20,000 bases of DNA, from the NCBI GenBank assembly GCA_049515535.1, contig JBEKTZ010000001.1, forward strand, positions 447,400-467,399. Direction: 5' to 3'. Numbering within the stretch: the first letter of the stretch is position 1; each line of letters begins with the position of its first letter. Position numbers and translations under genes: made by a program. Below are positions 8,796 through 18,360 of the stretch, piece by piece. The notes under the pieces are model-generated. The model saw only the letters and a list, made by a program, of their open reading frames with translations, did not search any database and had not been told where the DNA came from. This DNA is from Candidatus Aminicenantales bacterium (GTDB lineage: Bacteria > Acidobacteriota > Aminicenantia > Aminicenantales > UBA4085).

Positions 8796-9005
8796 ATGAT
8801 CATGCGCAAGATAACCTTTCAGGTATTCGTTTTGCTTTCGCTCGCTTGGATCATTTTGCAAATGAGTGGAGGGGGCCCTAGCTATGGTTGGAACAGGAAA
8901 AAAGGCCATGTTTCGGGCGGGTCACGAATATTTCGGACACTTGCTCGGAAAGGTTATTTAACAGTCTGCCGATATAATATAGGGCTCCAAAAATTTCCCC
9001 CCTAG
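8796..9005 (+). CDS. Possible small exported protein or 5' remnant of a secreted-protein gene
   Basis: AAGGAGG upstream; N-terminus resembles a signal peptide; the remainder is unrecognisable. Confidence 0.3.
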   Translation: MIMRKITFQVFVLLSLAWIILQMSGGGPSYGWNRKKGHVSGGSRIFRTLARKGYLTVCRYNIGLQKFPP

Positions 9006-9090
9006 AGTCCTTCAATTCTCTCTCGCCTATGGCTATGGGCTCTACGCCGCCCCACCCGGGAGAACATCATTTCGGCCGATATTGAATGAC

Positions 9091-9124
9091 TTTAGTCAAT
9101 TATTACATGTCTTTATTGACTAAA
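9091..9124. promoter_or_regulatory. Inverted repeat, candidate operator upstream of the HD-GYP gene
   Basis: TTTAGTCAAT (9091-9100), 14 bp, ATTGACTAAA (9115-9124): perfect 10-bp arms in AT-rich DNA about 40 bp before the start. Confidence 0.55.
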
Positions 9125-9163
9125 TATACAGGAGCGTTTTAAAATCTGGGCTAAGGAGGGAAC

Positions 9164-9877
9164 GTGGCCAGAAGATCGTCAAGAATCGCGCTTTTGGATG
9201 AAAAAATAAGGCCAAAGAGCGGACGCCTCAACGAATCAAGGGGCGATATCACCGTTCTTCAGAAAGCCGAAGACCAAGTCCGGGAAACCCTTGAAAAACT
9301 CCGCGGGGCCCTTAACGGCATTATTAATGCTATTGCTTTAACGGTCGAAGCCCGAGATCCTTATACCTCCGGCCATCACCGCCGCGTTGCTGATCTGGCC
9401 CGGGCCATTGCCACAGAAATGAAAATCTCCAAGGACCAGATAGATGGCATCCGCTCAGCCGGCATCATTCATGATTTAGGCAAAATCTGCGTCCCGACCG
9501 ATATTCTAAGCAAGGCGGGAAAATTGAATGAGATCGAATTTGATCTAATCAAAACTCATCCCAAAGTCGCCTATAACATTCTCAAGGACATCGAATTTCC
9601 CTGGCCAGTGGCCTTGATTGTTTATCAGCACCATGAAAGGATGGATGGTTCCGGTTATCCTCAGGGCTTGAAAGGCGATAATATTCTCCTTGAGGCCCGA
9701 ATTATAGCGGTGGCCGATGTTGTTGAAGCCATGTCTTCTCACCGGCCATATCGGCCGAGCCTAGGCCTGGAAAACGCTTTTGAAGAAATATCGAAAAACA
9801 AGGGAATCCTCTACGATCCCAAAGTAGTGAAAGCGTGCTTGAAGCTTTTTAGAGAGAAAAGATATAAGTTCAAATAG
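9164..9877 (+). CDS. HD-GYP domain cyclic-dinucleotide phosphodiesterase
   Basis: RDPYTSGH..RVA, HDLGKI, HHERMDGSGYP.GL.G..I..EARIIAVADV.EAM.SHRPYR. SD AAGGAGG before GTG. Confidence 0.95.
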   Translation: MARRSSRIALLDEKIRPKSGRLNESRGDITVLQKAEDQVRETLEKLRGALNGIINAIALTVEARDPYTSGHHRRVADLARAIATEMKISKDQIDGIRSAGIIHDLGKICVPTDILSKAGKLNEIEFDLIKTHPKVAYNILKDIEFPWPVALIVYQHHERMDGSGYPQGLKGDNILLEARIIAVADVVEAMSSHRPYRPSLGLENAFEEISKNKGILYDPKVVKACLKLFREKRYKFK

Positions 9878-9917
9878 GATCGAAACAGTTTTTCACAACA
9901 ACTGTGCAAATACCTGT

Positions 9918-10199
9918 TCAAAACCGAGTTCTGAGGCGGCAAATGAAATTGAGACAACTGGCTTTTTGGCATTTTGCATATTTGTCATCTTGGAAAATCC
10001 TCAAGATAATGATTTCTGCAAATGCAGTTTTACCCTCGAAATTCAGCACCGGCTTGTTGTTGTAAGTGTCCTTCACTGGCTCACCAGACCATTTCTCGAA
10101 GATAGGAATAGCTTTCGGTACTGATACTTTAATGCCAGAAGGAAGCTCCATCTCTTCTATTGCCGCCGGCGTAAGTAGAATTGGGTAATCTATTTTCAA
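9918..10199 (-). pseudogene. Probable 3'-truncated gene fragment at the island edge (resembles the N-terminus of stand-alone VRR-NUC-like nucleases)
   Basis: DTYNNKPVLNFEGKTAFAEIIILRIFQDD looks like a conserved segment; after about 9984 the tail (KYAKCQKASC...) looks like read-through. Family recalled from memory only. Confidence 0.4.
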
Positions 10200-10221
10200 T
10201 GATGCGTCTCTAGCCTTACCA

Positions 10222-10446
10222 TTAATATGCAGAGAGGGCGGCTACTCTACGTTCCACCCTGACGCTGAGGTGGCCCGGATTGTCGGCTACGAGCGCCGGC
10301 AAGAGGTGCGACAACAGTTGCTCTGCGCTGAGCCGGTGGACTATACCGGTTGGACCGGTTTGTGTCCAGCCGTTGTTCTCTTTGAGGTAGCTCCATGTCC
10401 GGCCACGTTTAGTTGTGATGTAAATCACGCATTCAGTGTTCTTCAT
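10222..10446 (-). CDS. Small hypothetical protein (about 74 aa)
   Basis: Co-oriented with island genes, fills the gap, plausible globular composition; GGGG before ATG 10446 (alternative start 10458). Confidence 0.55.
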   Translation of the reverse strand: MKNTECVIYITTKRGRTWSYLKENNGWTQTGPTGIVHRLSAEQLLSHLLPALVADNPGHLSVRVERRVAALSAY

Positions 10447-10519
10447 GGCTTTCCCCATTCGCCGTCACGGCGTCTTTCTCATCGGAAAGGTCGGCGATGA
10501 CCAAGCTTTCTAAGCCTCT

Positions 10520-11044
10520 TTACCGCCTCCCATGCTTCTTGAAGATTCCCCAATTGTTGTGGAAAGCCTTCAGGTCTTCGGGCCAGACCGCACAATGAAG
10601 CGAATCGGGTTTTCTCGGCCTGACGCCCTTGTGCTTCCTCAATCCCTCAGTATAGGATTTGACATATATCGTTTGAAGTTGTTTTTCGGTCAAGAGGTAG
10701 AACTCGTCATCACCATACTTTTCGCCAAGCACGACCATAACATAGACAAGGTTCGGAGTCGTAAGCCTCACGTTACGATGTATTAGCTGTTTCCGCTTTT
10801 TTTCGATAGAGATGACCATCCACTTGTCTGCGGATGATTGAAAACCTCCTCCTCTTTGTATGGTTTTAACTTGGATGGGGGTTGTCTTCAATTTGTCGTC
10901 TGTGACCAATATATCAAACTCGGGGACGTTGCCCGTAAAAGTTGTGGCAATATATCCTCGTCTTCCAAGCTCGGCGGCGACCAGATATTCGCCGATTTGG
11001 CCCGTAATCTTAAACCGTCTCCCCTTTTCTACTCTGCTTTTCAT
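10520..11044 (-). CDS. PD-(D/E)XK superfamily nuclease
   Basis: GQIGEYLVAAELGRRG (conserved E helix), PEFDILV, IQVKT (D...QxK active site). SD AGGGG. Confidence 0.78.
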   Translation of the reverse strand: MKSRVEKGRRFKITGQIGEYLVAAELGRRGYIATTFTGNVPEFDILVTDDKLKTTPIQVKTIQRGGGFQSSADKWMVISIEKKRKQLIHRNVRLTTPNLVYVMVVLGEKYGDDEFYLLTEKQLQTIYVKSYTEGLRKHKGVRPRKPDSLHCAVWPEDLKAFHNNWGIFKKHGRR

Positions 11045-11155
11045 GAGAATTATTCCCCTTCTCGCTCGTCTAACCTAATGAGGTGGTTTTACGTATCACC
11101 GCATCATATCGACCGAGTGAAGCTATTCCTTGCGACCTCTGGCTTCCCACGCGCC

Positions 11156-14100
11156 TCAATTTGCATATGCAGCCGCCCGCTCGTATACACTCTGTCCGCT
11201 CCCCCCATAGCTGTCATACACATGCTGATAGACAGCCTCACACTTCGTCCGATAAAGCTCCTGTGTGAATACGGGAGGCAGCTTGTCCAAATATTCTTCA
11301 ATACAAAGCTTCACGGCCGCCCTCGATTGCTGACGCTTACGCCAGTCAAGGACGAGCCTATGAGCTTTGAGTGTACGAATCATATCGCTTGCAATCTTTT
11401 TCACTTCTTTCTCTTCCTTCGGAGAAATGTCCACCCGAGGCTTGGTCAGGATGTCAAAGACTGCAAGTTCTTCTTCGGTCAACTGCTCTTTGATATGACG
11501 ACGTTCTTCCTCGTTTAGTGTTTCAGCAAATCTCAAGAGTTCATCGAAAATCGCTTCTATGTTGGCCGACCCCGCATTGTATTCTTCGATTAGTTTCTGG
11601 AACTTCTCAAAAAAGTCCATTCTCATGCGGTTCAGGACAACCATAGCCTGAAGCTTCGCCATTATAGCCGCCTTGAGCTTCGCTATTTCGGCTCGTTTAT
11701 ATCCTGTCTTAAAATGCTTCCTGATAGCCTCGAAGTCAACTTTACTGAGATCGAGTATCTTTGGGACCTCTTTAATGGCGTATCCGCTCGGGGCGATAGA
11801 TTTGTCCAGCACTTCCTCGATTTTGCCCATAACTCCGGAGATATCCACGATTTCTGCAAGTGACCTAATCATATCCGCCAATGTCGATAACAAGGCGTAA
11901 ATCGGCGAGAACTGGCTCGCTCGGAGGTCAGGCAATATGGCTTGATAAAGAAGTCTGACTCGACTCGCAAGCGTGAGGAACTTCTTTCGGGATTCGTCGT
12001 TAATAAGGATTGCCTCACGAGAGTCCTTGAGGGCCTTTATACGATGTAGTTTTTCCGTCTGCAATATGCTTTCGACTTTCACGCCGCATCCCAAACAGAA
12101 CTCGGTCGTTTCTTCAATTGCCTTTTTAAGAAGTTGTATCAGCTCCTTTTTCTCTTGAACAGGAGTCTGCCCGCCCACGCCGCCTCCGGCATAAATTGCT
12201 AATGCCTTTTGGAGGTCTCGGAATACACCGACATAATCCACTATCAACCCGTTGACCTTTTCTTTAAAAACTCTGTTCGCTCGGGCAATTGTTTGCATCA
12301 GCGTATGGTTCCGTAGAGGCTTATCAAGGTAAATGGTCGAGCAACTCGGCACATCAAAGCCTGTCATCCACATCGCGCAGACGAACACAAGCCTGAAGGG
12401 GTCATTGGGGTCTTTGAATTTCGTCTCCAAGTCTTCCTTAACAATCCGAAGCCGATGAGGAGCGATATCAACGCCCTTCTTCTTGAACTCCGCGACCTCA
12501 TTCTGAGCTTGAGAAACGACAACTGCCATGTCCGTGGTTATCATGAAGTCTAGCGTGTCTTGGATGGCCTTTTTTTCGCTCTCAGGAGCCTTGGAAAGTC
12601 TATGCTTCAGTTCCTCCCCATATTTTGCCCAATGAACTTTTACCTTATCAAACATTTTTACGGCAGTAAGCTTGTCGATGCAGACGACCATCGCCTTTCC
12701 ACGGAAGCCTCGACCTAGGAAATGCCGAACGATGTCGCCTGCAATCTTCTCAAGCCTCTCATCCCTCGTAATCAAGTGATATTGCCGCGATAATACTCGG
12801 TCAAGCTTCTTTTCCTGTTCTTCATCGAGTTCGGCTTCCTCGATAACTCGGTAGATATCTTCATTCAACTGCTCATTCGTGAGTTGGAGTTCAGGGATTC
12901 GGTTTTCATAGAACAACGGGACCGTAGCCTCATCATCGACGGACTGTTTAAAATCGTAAATGCTGACGTAATCACCAAAGACCTCCTTGGTCTTTTCCTC
13001 TCCGACGATGAGAGGCGTTCCTGTGAATCCAATGAACGCCGCCTTTGGGAGAGCGTCACGCATGTTCAAGGCGAAAATGTCGTACTGGGTACGGTGAGCT
13101 TCATCGGTCATGACGATAACATCATGCCTATCCGAGAGCTTTGGAAATCGTTTTCCCACATCAGTTCGGAACTTTTGGATGAGCGTGAAAACGTATCGGT
13201 GGTCTTCGGTCAGAAGTTGCTTCAAATGTTCGGCACTGTCGGCTCTTACCCGTTCCTCAGGTTCCGTTACAGCTCCCACGCCAGCGAAGTTCTTGTAAAG
13301 CTGGTCGTCCAGTTCAATTCGGTCGGTCACGGCTACAAATGTCCAATTGCCAGGAATCTTCCGTAGAACCTTTTGAGCGAAGAAAACCATCGAATAGCTC
13401 TTACCACTGCCTTGAGTCTGCCAAAACACACCCAACCGGCCACGATTTGCCTTTAGACCAAGCACAGCTTGAAGGGAATTGTTCACTCCCAGATATTGAT
13501 GATTCTTGGCAACAATTTTTATTACTTTGCCTGCTGCCTCGGAAAACAAGGTGAAGTTCTCAACCAAATCCAATAGCCGTGTCTTTTCACAGGTCCCTTT
13601 GAGAATAGTTTCGAGCGACACGATTCCTGGTTCTGCCTCGCTGCTGATTTTCTTCCACTCGCAGAAATGTTCCCATTCCGCTGATAGGCTTCCCAGTTTG
13701 CTCTGAACCCCGTTCGAAACGATTATGAAGGCGTTATACCAGAACAACTGAGGGATAGTCAGCTTATAATCGGTAATATTATCTACGAAGGCCTGCTTCA
13801 GTCGTTTATGGACAGCCTTCAATTCCCACAAAATTAAAGGCAATCCGTTCACGAAGCCAACGAGGTCTGTACGTCGTTTATAGATTTCGCCCGTTACCCA
13901 GAACTGTGACACGAGAAGAAAATCGTTGTTCTCAGGGTCGTCCCAATCGATGACCCGAATTCGTTCGGGCATCATCTCGCCATCAGGGGTTCGAATCTCA
14001 ACTTTCACGCCGTTCTTGAGAAGCCCATAAACTTCACGGTTGGTAGCTCCCTGCGACATCACGCTCCGGTCCTTCGTCAGCTCGTTTACGGTGAACTGAA

Positions 14101-14311
14101 TCGCTTCACTCGATGCTGTGGGATTTAGTCTTTTTAAAGCTGGAACAAGATATCGAGTCAGAACGACTTCACCCGCATTCTCACGACCTAGAGTCCCATT
14201 AGGCCCAAATGTCTCGTAGAACGCATTGATAGTCTGCCAGTCGAGCTCATCGAAAAGCTCGATGGCGGGCTGTTCAATAAGCTCGTCCTCTGAGTATGAT
14301 TTAGGATTCAT
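11156..14311 (-). CDS. hsdR: Type I restriction enzyme R subunit
   Basis: Motif X DLVGFVNGLPLILWELK, Walker A TQGSGKS, DEAH, GFTGTP, MWMTGFD, LMQTIARANR; 1051 aa. Confidence 0.98.
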   Translation of the reverse strand: MNPKSYSEDELIEQPAIELFDELDWQTINAFYETFGPNGTLGRENAGEVVLTRYLVPALKRLNPTASSEAIQFTVNELTKDRSVMSQGATNREVYGLLKNGVKVEIRTPDGEMMPERIRVIDWDDPENNDFLLVSQFWVTGEIYKRRTDLVGFVNGLPLILWELKAVHKRLKQAFVDNITDYKLTIPQLFWYNAFIIVSNGVQSKLGSLSAEWEHFCEWKKISSEAEPGIVSLETILKGTCEKTRLLDLVENFTLFSEAAGKVIKIVAKNHQYLGVNNSLQAVLGLKANRGRLGVFWQTQGSGKSYSMVFFAQKVLRKIPGNWTFVAVTDRIELDDQLYKNFAGVGAVTEPEERVRADSAEHLKQLLTEDHRYVFTLIQKFRTDVGKRFPKLSDRHDVIVMTDEAHRTQYDIFALNMRDALPKAAFIGFTGTPLIVGEEKTKEVFGDYVSIYDFKQSVDDEATVPLFYENRIPELQLTNEQLNEDIYRVIEEAELDEEQEKKLDRVLSRQYHLITRDERLEKIAGDIVRHFLGRGFRGKAMVVCIDKLTAVKMFDKVKVHWAKYGEELKHRLSKAPESEKKAIQDTLDFMITTDMAVVVSQAQNEVAEFKKKGVDIAPHRLRIVKEDLETKFKDPNDPFRLVFVCAMWMTGFDVPSCSTIYLDKPLRNHTLMQTIARANRVFKEKVNGLIVDYVGVFRDLQKALAIYAGGGVGGQTPVQEKKELIQLLKKAIEETTEFCLGCGVKVESILQTEKLHRIKALKDSREAILINDESRKKFLTLASRVRLLYQAILPDLRASQFSPIYALLSTLADMIRSLAEIVDISGVMGKIEEVLDKSIAPSGYAIKEVPKILDLSKVDFEAIRKHFKTGYKRAEIAKLKAAIMAKLQAMVVLNRMRMDFFEKFQKLIEEYNAGSANIEAIFDELLRFAETLNEEERRHIKEQLTEEELAVFDILTKPRVDISPKEEKEVKKIASDMIRTLKAHRLVLDWRKRQQSRAAVKLCIEEYLDKLPPVFTQELYRTKCEAVYQHVYDSYGGSGQSVYERAAAYAN

Positions 14312-14314
14312 GGT

Positions 14315-15277
14315 CTAAATGTAAACAAAACAATGTGGATTTTTATCAATGATTGCCGCTCGGATTTTTTTTCGCAAGAACTCCGATAAATCATCTTCGC
14401 GTTCTAGAAGTTCGACAATCTCATGGAGACTGCTCAAGATGACAACCATTTGAGAAAGAGATTCCTTGCACACTGCGATAGCTGGTTCCGTGTAGCCAGA
14501 ATACGAAATAAGAAAACCTCTAGCGCCCTTTCGGCTGAAGACTCGTACCAAGTGTTGTGATACTTCGCCAATTCCTAGCGGCTTATCCCACCACTTCATT
14601 TCGACAAGATAAATTTCTCTATCTATTTCAACTACCCCGTCGATTTGTTCAAGGATGCCCTCCCCTGTGGACGCGACACGATTAAACGAATCTCGCACTA
14701 AAATACCCGATGTCTTGAAAAGCCTGTTCAATACATCCTCAAGTTTCTTTCCTCGTTGTTGCGGATTTGACTCTCCGAACAAAGCATAAAAATCTTTTTT
14801 AACCTTTTCTAGCTTAGCCTTTCTTTCCTGAAAAGCGAGGGCTCTTTTCTTTTCTTCATCAACCCGTTTCTTCTGTTCTGCTTCCTTCTCTTGACGCATT
14901 CGGCTAAAAGAATCTTTTACATTCACAACGTGTCTAATTTCAGCAACTAGGCCTTTTGCTTTGAGCTGGTCCGATGGCCAACAGGCAGAAAAGTCTTCAT
15001 ATTCAACGACTCGTTTTAGAACCTCCCTTCGCTCACGTAGCGTAGCCTCACCCTTGGCATTTAGGAGAACAAGAACATCTCGCACGATTCCATATTTATT
15101 CAAGCTACTTCTGTCTGTAGCAAGCTTACGTTCAAACTCGGCCAACATTTTATTAGGAACTCCCGCACCCTGGAAAAATACGAGTACATCCTTTTTGCTC
15201 CGACATAAGAGCGGAATCGTATCAACCAATAGTTGGAGAAGCTCAGGAGGATAATGGTAGACGATGTCGACGCTCAC
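14315..15277 (-). CDS. Mrr-cat/restriction endonuclease-fold protein with helical N-domain and coiled coil
   Basis: C-domain QQRGKKLE..L..LF, EQIDG.V.I...YLVEMKW, G.LIS.SGYT..A. GTG start overlaps the hsdS stop; stop is 3 bp before the hsdR ATG. Confidence 0.85.
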   Translation of the reverse strand: MSVDIVYHYPPELLQLLVDTIPLLCRSKKDVLVFFQGAGVPNKMLAEFERKLATDRSSLNKYGIVRDVLVLLNAKGEATLRERREVLKRVVEYEDFSACWPSDQLKAKGLVAEIRHVVNVKDSFSRMRQEKEAEQKKRVDEEKKRALAFQERKAKLEKVKKDFYALFGESNPQQRGKKLEDVLNRLFKTSGILVRDSFNRVASTGEGILEQIDGVVEIDREIYLVEMKWWDKPLGIGEVSQHLVRVFSRKGARGFLISYSGYTEPAIAVCKESLSQMVVILSSLHEIVELLEREDDLSEFLRKKIRAAIIDKNPHCFVYI

Positions 15278-16515
15278 GGATTGGCCTCCACGTTATCCAC
15301 AGACAATTCTCCCGAAATCAGCTTAGGCAGCAAAAGGTCGCGGGTGCTACGAAGATTAGCGTTTTGGCGAAGCTTGTTGACGAGCAAGTCAAAAAACGGC
15401 TTGCAAAACTTGTTAAAGCGAATGACTAACGGTTCCGGGGGGAGCACAATCTTAAACTCGTTTACTACTTCTTTATTGATATGCTGTTGCGCCCCTCCAC
15501 TGGCATGATTCACTAACTCGCCGATGACCTCCTTGGTCTTTAGATAAAGGTACTCAGAGTAAATGCCTGAAGAATCAACGATCCCGACTACAGATTGATT
15601 CGCGCACGCTTCAATTTCCAAAAGGCTGACTTGGCCAAGCGTTGCTCCCGTTATTGCAAGCACCGTTGTTCGCCGAGGCATCAGTTTCGTAGCTGATTTT
15701 GAAAAGGCATCCCTGGTAATCAATTCGGAAGCATCAATAATCCGAAGCTCGTTTATCTTCCCTGAATTTATCCAAGGAACCGTTCCATCAGTCCAGAATT
15801 CTGGTTTCTTCCTCGACGGTGTTCCGCCCAAAACTGTTTTAAATCTTTCGCTGATTCTGACCACATCCCACCCTTGTGGAATCTTTCCCAAAGGAGACTC
15901 AACGAGCATATCCTTCTCATGGCCGGGGAAGCGGAAGTGAACGAACCACTCCCAATAAATCGACTGCGCCATCTGCTCCAATATCTGGATACGCCGCGTA
16001 TTGTTCTCAATCAGGTCGTCGTAGGCAGCCAGAATACCCGCAATCTTCTGCTGTTCCGGTAGCGGCGGGGCGGGAAAGACGAAGGTCAGCAACTTTTCGA
16101 GGCTGAGGTTGTTCTGCGTCGTTCCCCTAGACACGTTCTGCATACGCAGCTTTATCGTATCAGTGAAATACTTGATGAAGCGGACATCACACTTCTCCCT
16201 ATCCGGCGTGAATCCCACGACGCTATCAGGGAAGCAACCTCTGACGCCAAGAATCGCCGTCTCAGCGATGTTCGCAGCAATAGTGATGCAGAGCGTGCCC
16301 GGTTCCCAGAGTTTGCTTTGAGCCAAGCCCTTTTCATTATAAGTTTGTGTGTAATTGGTCAGGTAGAAGTCAGCCGCTTTGATGTCTCCGGTTTGAAAGA
16401 ACGGGTACGGCCCACCGTAGAGCGAAGGCTCGTTGCGTGGCCTGTGCTTTGATTTGCCACGGCCTACGAAGCCGAGTTCATCAAGTTTGCAGGTTGGCCA
16501 TCCCACCTTCTTCAA
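15274..16515 (-). CDS. hsdS: Type I R-M specificity subunit (two TRDs)
   Basis: [64 protein letters not shown] start overlaps the hsdM stop. Confidence 0.97.
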   Translation of the reverse strand: MKKVGWPTCKLDELGFVGRGKSKHRPRNEPSLYGGPYPFFQTGDIKAADFYLTNYTQTYNEKGLAQSKLWEPGTLCITIAANIAETAILGVRGCFPDSVVGFTPDREKCDVRFIKYFTDTIKLRMQNVSRGTTQNNLSLEKLLTFVFPAPPLPEQQKIAGILAAYDDLIENNTRRIQILEQMAQSIYWEWFVHFRFPGHEKDMLVESPLGKIPQGWDVVRISERFKTVLGGTPSRKKPEFWTDGTVPWINSGKINELRIIDASELITRDAFSKSATKLMPRRTTVLAITGATLGQVSLLEIEACANQSVVGIVDSSGIYSEYLYLKTKEVIGELVNHASGGAQQHINKEVVNEFKIVLPPEPLVIRFNKFCKPFFDLLVNKLRQNANLRSTRDLLLPKLISGELSVDNVEANP

Positions 16516-18080
16516 GGTTCCCTCTCCAGAATTTTCGCAACGTTGCTGGCAATCCGGTCTTCTAGTTCCCGCGCTTCGACATTGAGCGTTTCGAGTTCTT
16601 CGTTGAGGGCTTCAAGTTGTTCCTTGAAGTCCTCGTCGCTTACTTCCTCGCCAACGGCAACTCCCACATACCGACCTGGATTGAGGCTCCAGCTTTGCGC
16701 CTCGATTTCCTTACGCATGGCGGCCTTGCAAAGACCCGGCACATCAATATATTTACCCTTGGGGAATTTCTCCTTGAGCATCATCTCGCTACCGCGTAAC
16801 AATTCTGGTTCCTTGCCACGGTAAAACCGAACAATATTCGATAGAAACTCAATCTGCTCAGAAGTGAACTCACGATGGGCTCGGTCAATCTGACTGAAGA
16901 TTGGCCGAGCATCGATGAATAGAACTTTGTCCTTGAGTGCTTCTGGTTTTCCCCGGTCAAAGAACCAGAGCGTAGCAGGAAGCGTAACCGTGTAGAAAAA
17001 GTTTGGCCCGACCGATACAACTACATCAACCGCTCCCGACTGGATAAGCTTTTTGCGGATTTCGAGTTCTGACCCGCGAGCGTCCGCCGCTGAGTTTGCC
17101 ATTACGAACCCAGCTCTTCCCTTGGCATTGAGCGAATGGTAGAAAATCTGAATCCAAAGGCAATTCGCAATGTCCGTATTAGGAAGGCCAAAACGAAAAC
17201 GGGGGTCGTCCTTGATTTTTTCCTTATCAACCCCCGAGACGTTGAATGGAGGATTGGCCATCACAAAGTCGAATTTGCCAACGCTCTCGTGGATGTCCTC
17301 ATAGTAAGTATTTCCCTGTCGAATATCTCCCGCCAGGCCATGAACAGCAAGGTTCATCTTACAGAGTCTGATGGTGTCAGAAACACGCTCCTGACCATAG
17401 ATAGCGATTTCATTGTTCGGATTCTTACGATGATTTTGGACGTACCTGGCGCTAGCAACGAACATACCGCCACTCCCGCTGGCCGGGTCATACAAACGCC
17501 CATGGAAGGGCTCGATGATTTCCACGATGAGGTCAACCATACTCGGCGGCGTGAAGAACTCGCCTCCTTTCTGTCCTTCCTTCATAGCGAACGAACCGAG
17601 GAAATACTCGTAAATCTTGCCGAAAGCGTCCCCCGGGATGTCGAGTGGGATGCCGGACATTATTTTTAAAAGCTCAAAAAGCGTAGAGTTGTCAATGCGT
17701 TGGTAGGTTTTTGGCAGAACATCCTTGAGGTCTTCGTTCTCTCGCTCGATGGCCTTCATCGCCTCGTTCAAATGCTTGCCAAGGTCGGCGGATTCAGGGA
17801 GATTCAAGAGGTTTGAGAAGCGTGTTTCAGGGGGGAGAAAGACGACACCCCGAGCTTGATAATCCGTCTTGCCGATGGTCCTTCGCCCAGAAGATGAGCC
17901 TTTCAACTCGGTTTCCGCCTTGGTGAAGGCGTTGTCGGCAAACTTTAGGAAAATCAACCCAAGGACGGGAGCAGAATACTCAGACGGACGGAGAGACGAG
18001 TTTGCCCACAATTGGTCAGCCGCCGCCCAAAGATGTTTCTCAAGTTCGACAAGATGGTTGCTGTTTTTTTCGTTACCCAT
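16512..18080 (-). CDS. hsdM: Type I R-M m6A methyltransferase
   Basis: [23 protein letters not shown], motif [11 protein letters not shown], motif [17 protein letters not shown] 18080 preferred (alternative TTG 18086). Confidence 0.98.
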   Translation of the reverse strand: MGNEKNSNHLVELEKHLWAAADQLWANSSLRPSEYSAPVLGLIFLKFADNAFTKAETELKGSSSGRRTIGKTDYQARGVVFLPPETRFSNLLNLPESADLGKHLNEAMKAIERENEDLKDVLPKTYQRIDNSTLFELLKIMSGIPLDIPGDAFGKIYEYFLGSFAMKEGQKGGEFFTPPSMVDLIVEIIEPFHGRLYDPASGSGGMFVASARYVQNHRKNPNNEIAIYGQERVSDTIRLCKMNLAVHGLAGDIRQGNTYYEDIHESVGKFDFVMANPPFNVSGVDKEKIKDDPRFRFGLPNTDIANCLWIQIFYHSLNAKGRAGFVMANSAADARGSELEIRKKLIQSGAVDVVVSVGPNFFYTVTLPATLWFFDRGKPEALKDKVLFIDARPIFSQIDRAHREFTSEQIEFLSNIVRFYRGKEPELLRGSEMMLKEKFPKGKYIDVPGLCKAAMRKEIEAQSWSLNPGRYVGVAVGEEVSDEDFKEQLEALNEELETLNVEARELEDRIASNVAKILEREP

Positions 18081-18130
18081 AATCAAAGAACCCTCGTTAA
18101 AACGAATCCCTATACTGGCTAATTGCGAAT

Positions 18131-18159
18131 ATTATCATTCTCTAGGGGAAGATAAGCAA
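18131..18159 (-). promoter_or_regulatory. Putative sigma70 promoter of the hsd operon
   Basis: TTGCTT (18159-18154), 17 bp, GATAAT (18136-18131), about 50 bp upstream of hsdM. Confidence 0.5.
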
Positions 18160-18182
18160 ACGAAAAGTGCGACCGGATTCCT

Positions 18183-18359
18183 CTACGGATTCTTCTCTAA
18201 GAATTCCTTGATAGTGGAGACAAGACGTTTTCCATGATAAAGGTTGGCAACCGCACCAGTAAACACGTCCGAGAGTCGCTTAAGGAAGAGGAGAGCGAGG
18301 ATGTAGTCCTTGTACTTGGGGGCATCGATTGGGGCTCGAATCTTACAACTTGCCAATAA
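18183..18359 (-). pseudogene. Relic of the N-terminus of a second, different hsdM
   Basis: Manual translation: LLASCKIRAPIDAPKYKDYILALLFLKRLSDVF..., matching the HsdM_N pattern AC.IRG..DA..YKDYIL.L.FLKRLSD.F. No ATG or SD seen; similarity fades after about 18261; stop at 18183. Confidence 0.85.
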
Positions 18360-18360
18360 G

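Noticed and set aside
8880..8912. WNRKKGH after the signal-like peptide as an S1/P1 nuclease or phospholipase C N-terminus
   Set aside because: W-to-H spacing is off by one and nothing downstream supports it.
9006..9163. c-di-GMP riboswitch upstream of the HD-GYP gene
   Set aside because: No GEMM-like consensus or paired stems recognisable by eye; an Rfam scan would be decisive.
9918..11155. Integron cassette array (small co-oriented ORFs; GTTAGAC on the minus strand at 11068-11074 just before an SD and ATG)
   Set aside because: No complementary RYYYAAC or attC palindrome at the right distance, no attC in the other spacers, and no integrase in the window.
15274..16515. Phase-variable or invertible hsdS
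   Set aside because: Single complete hsdS; no silent TRD copies, recombinase, long inverted repeats or simple-sequence tracts seen.
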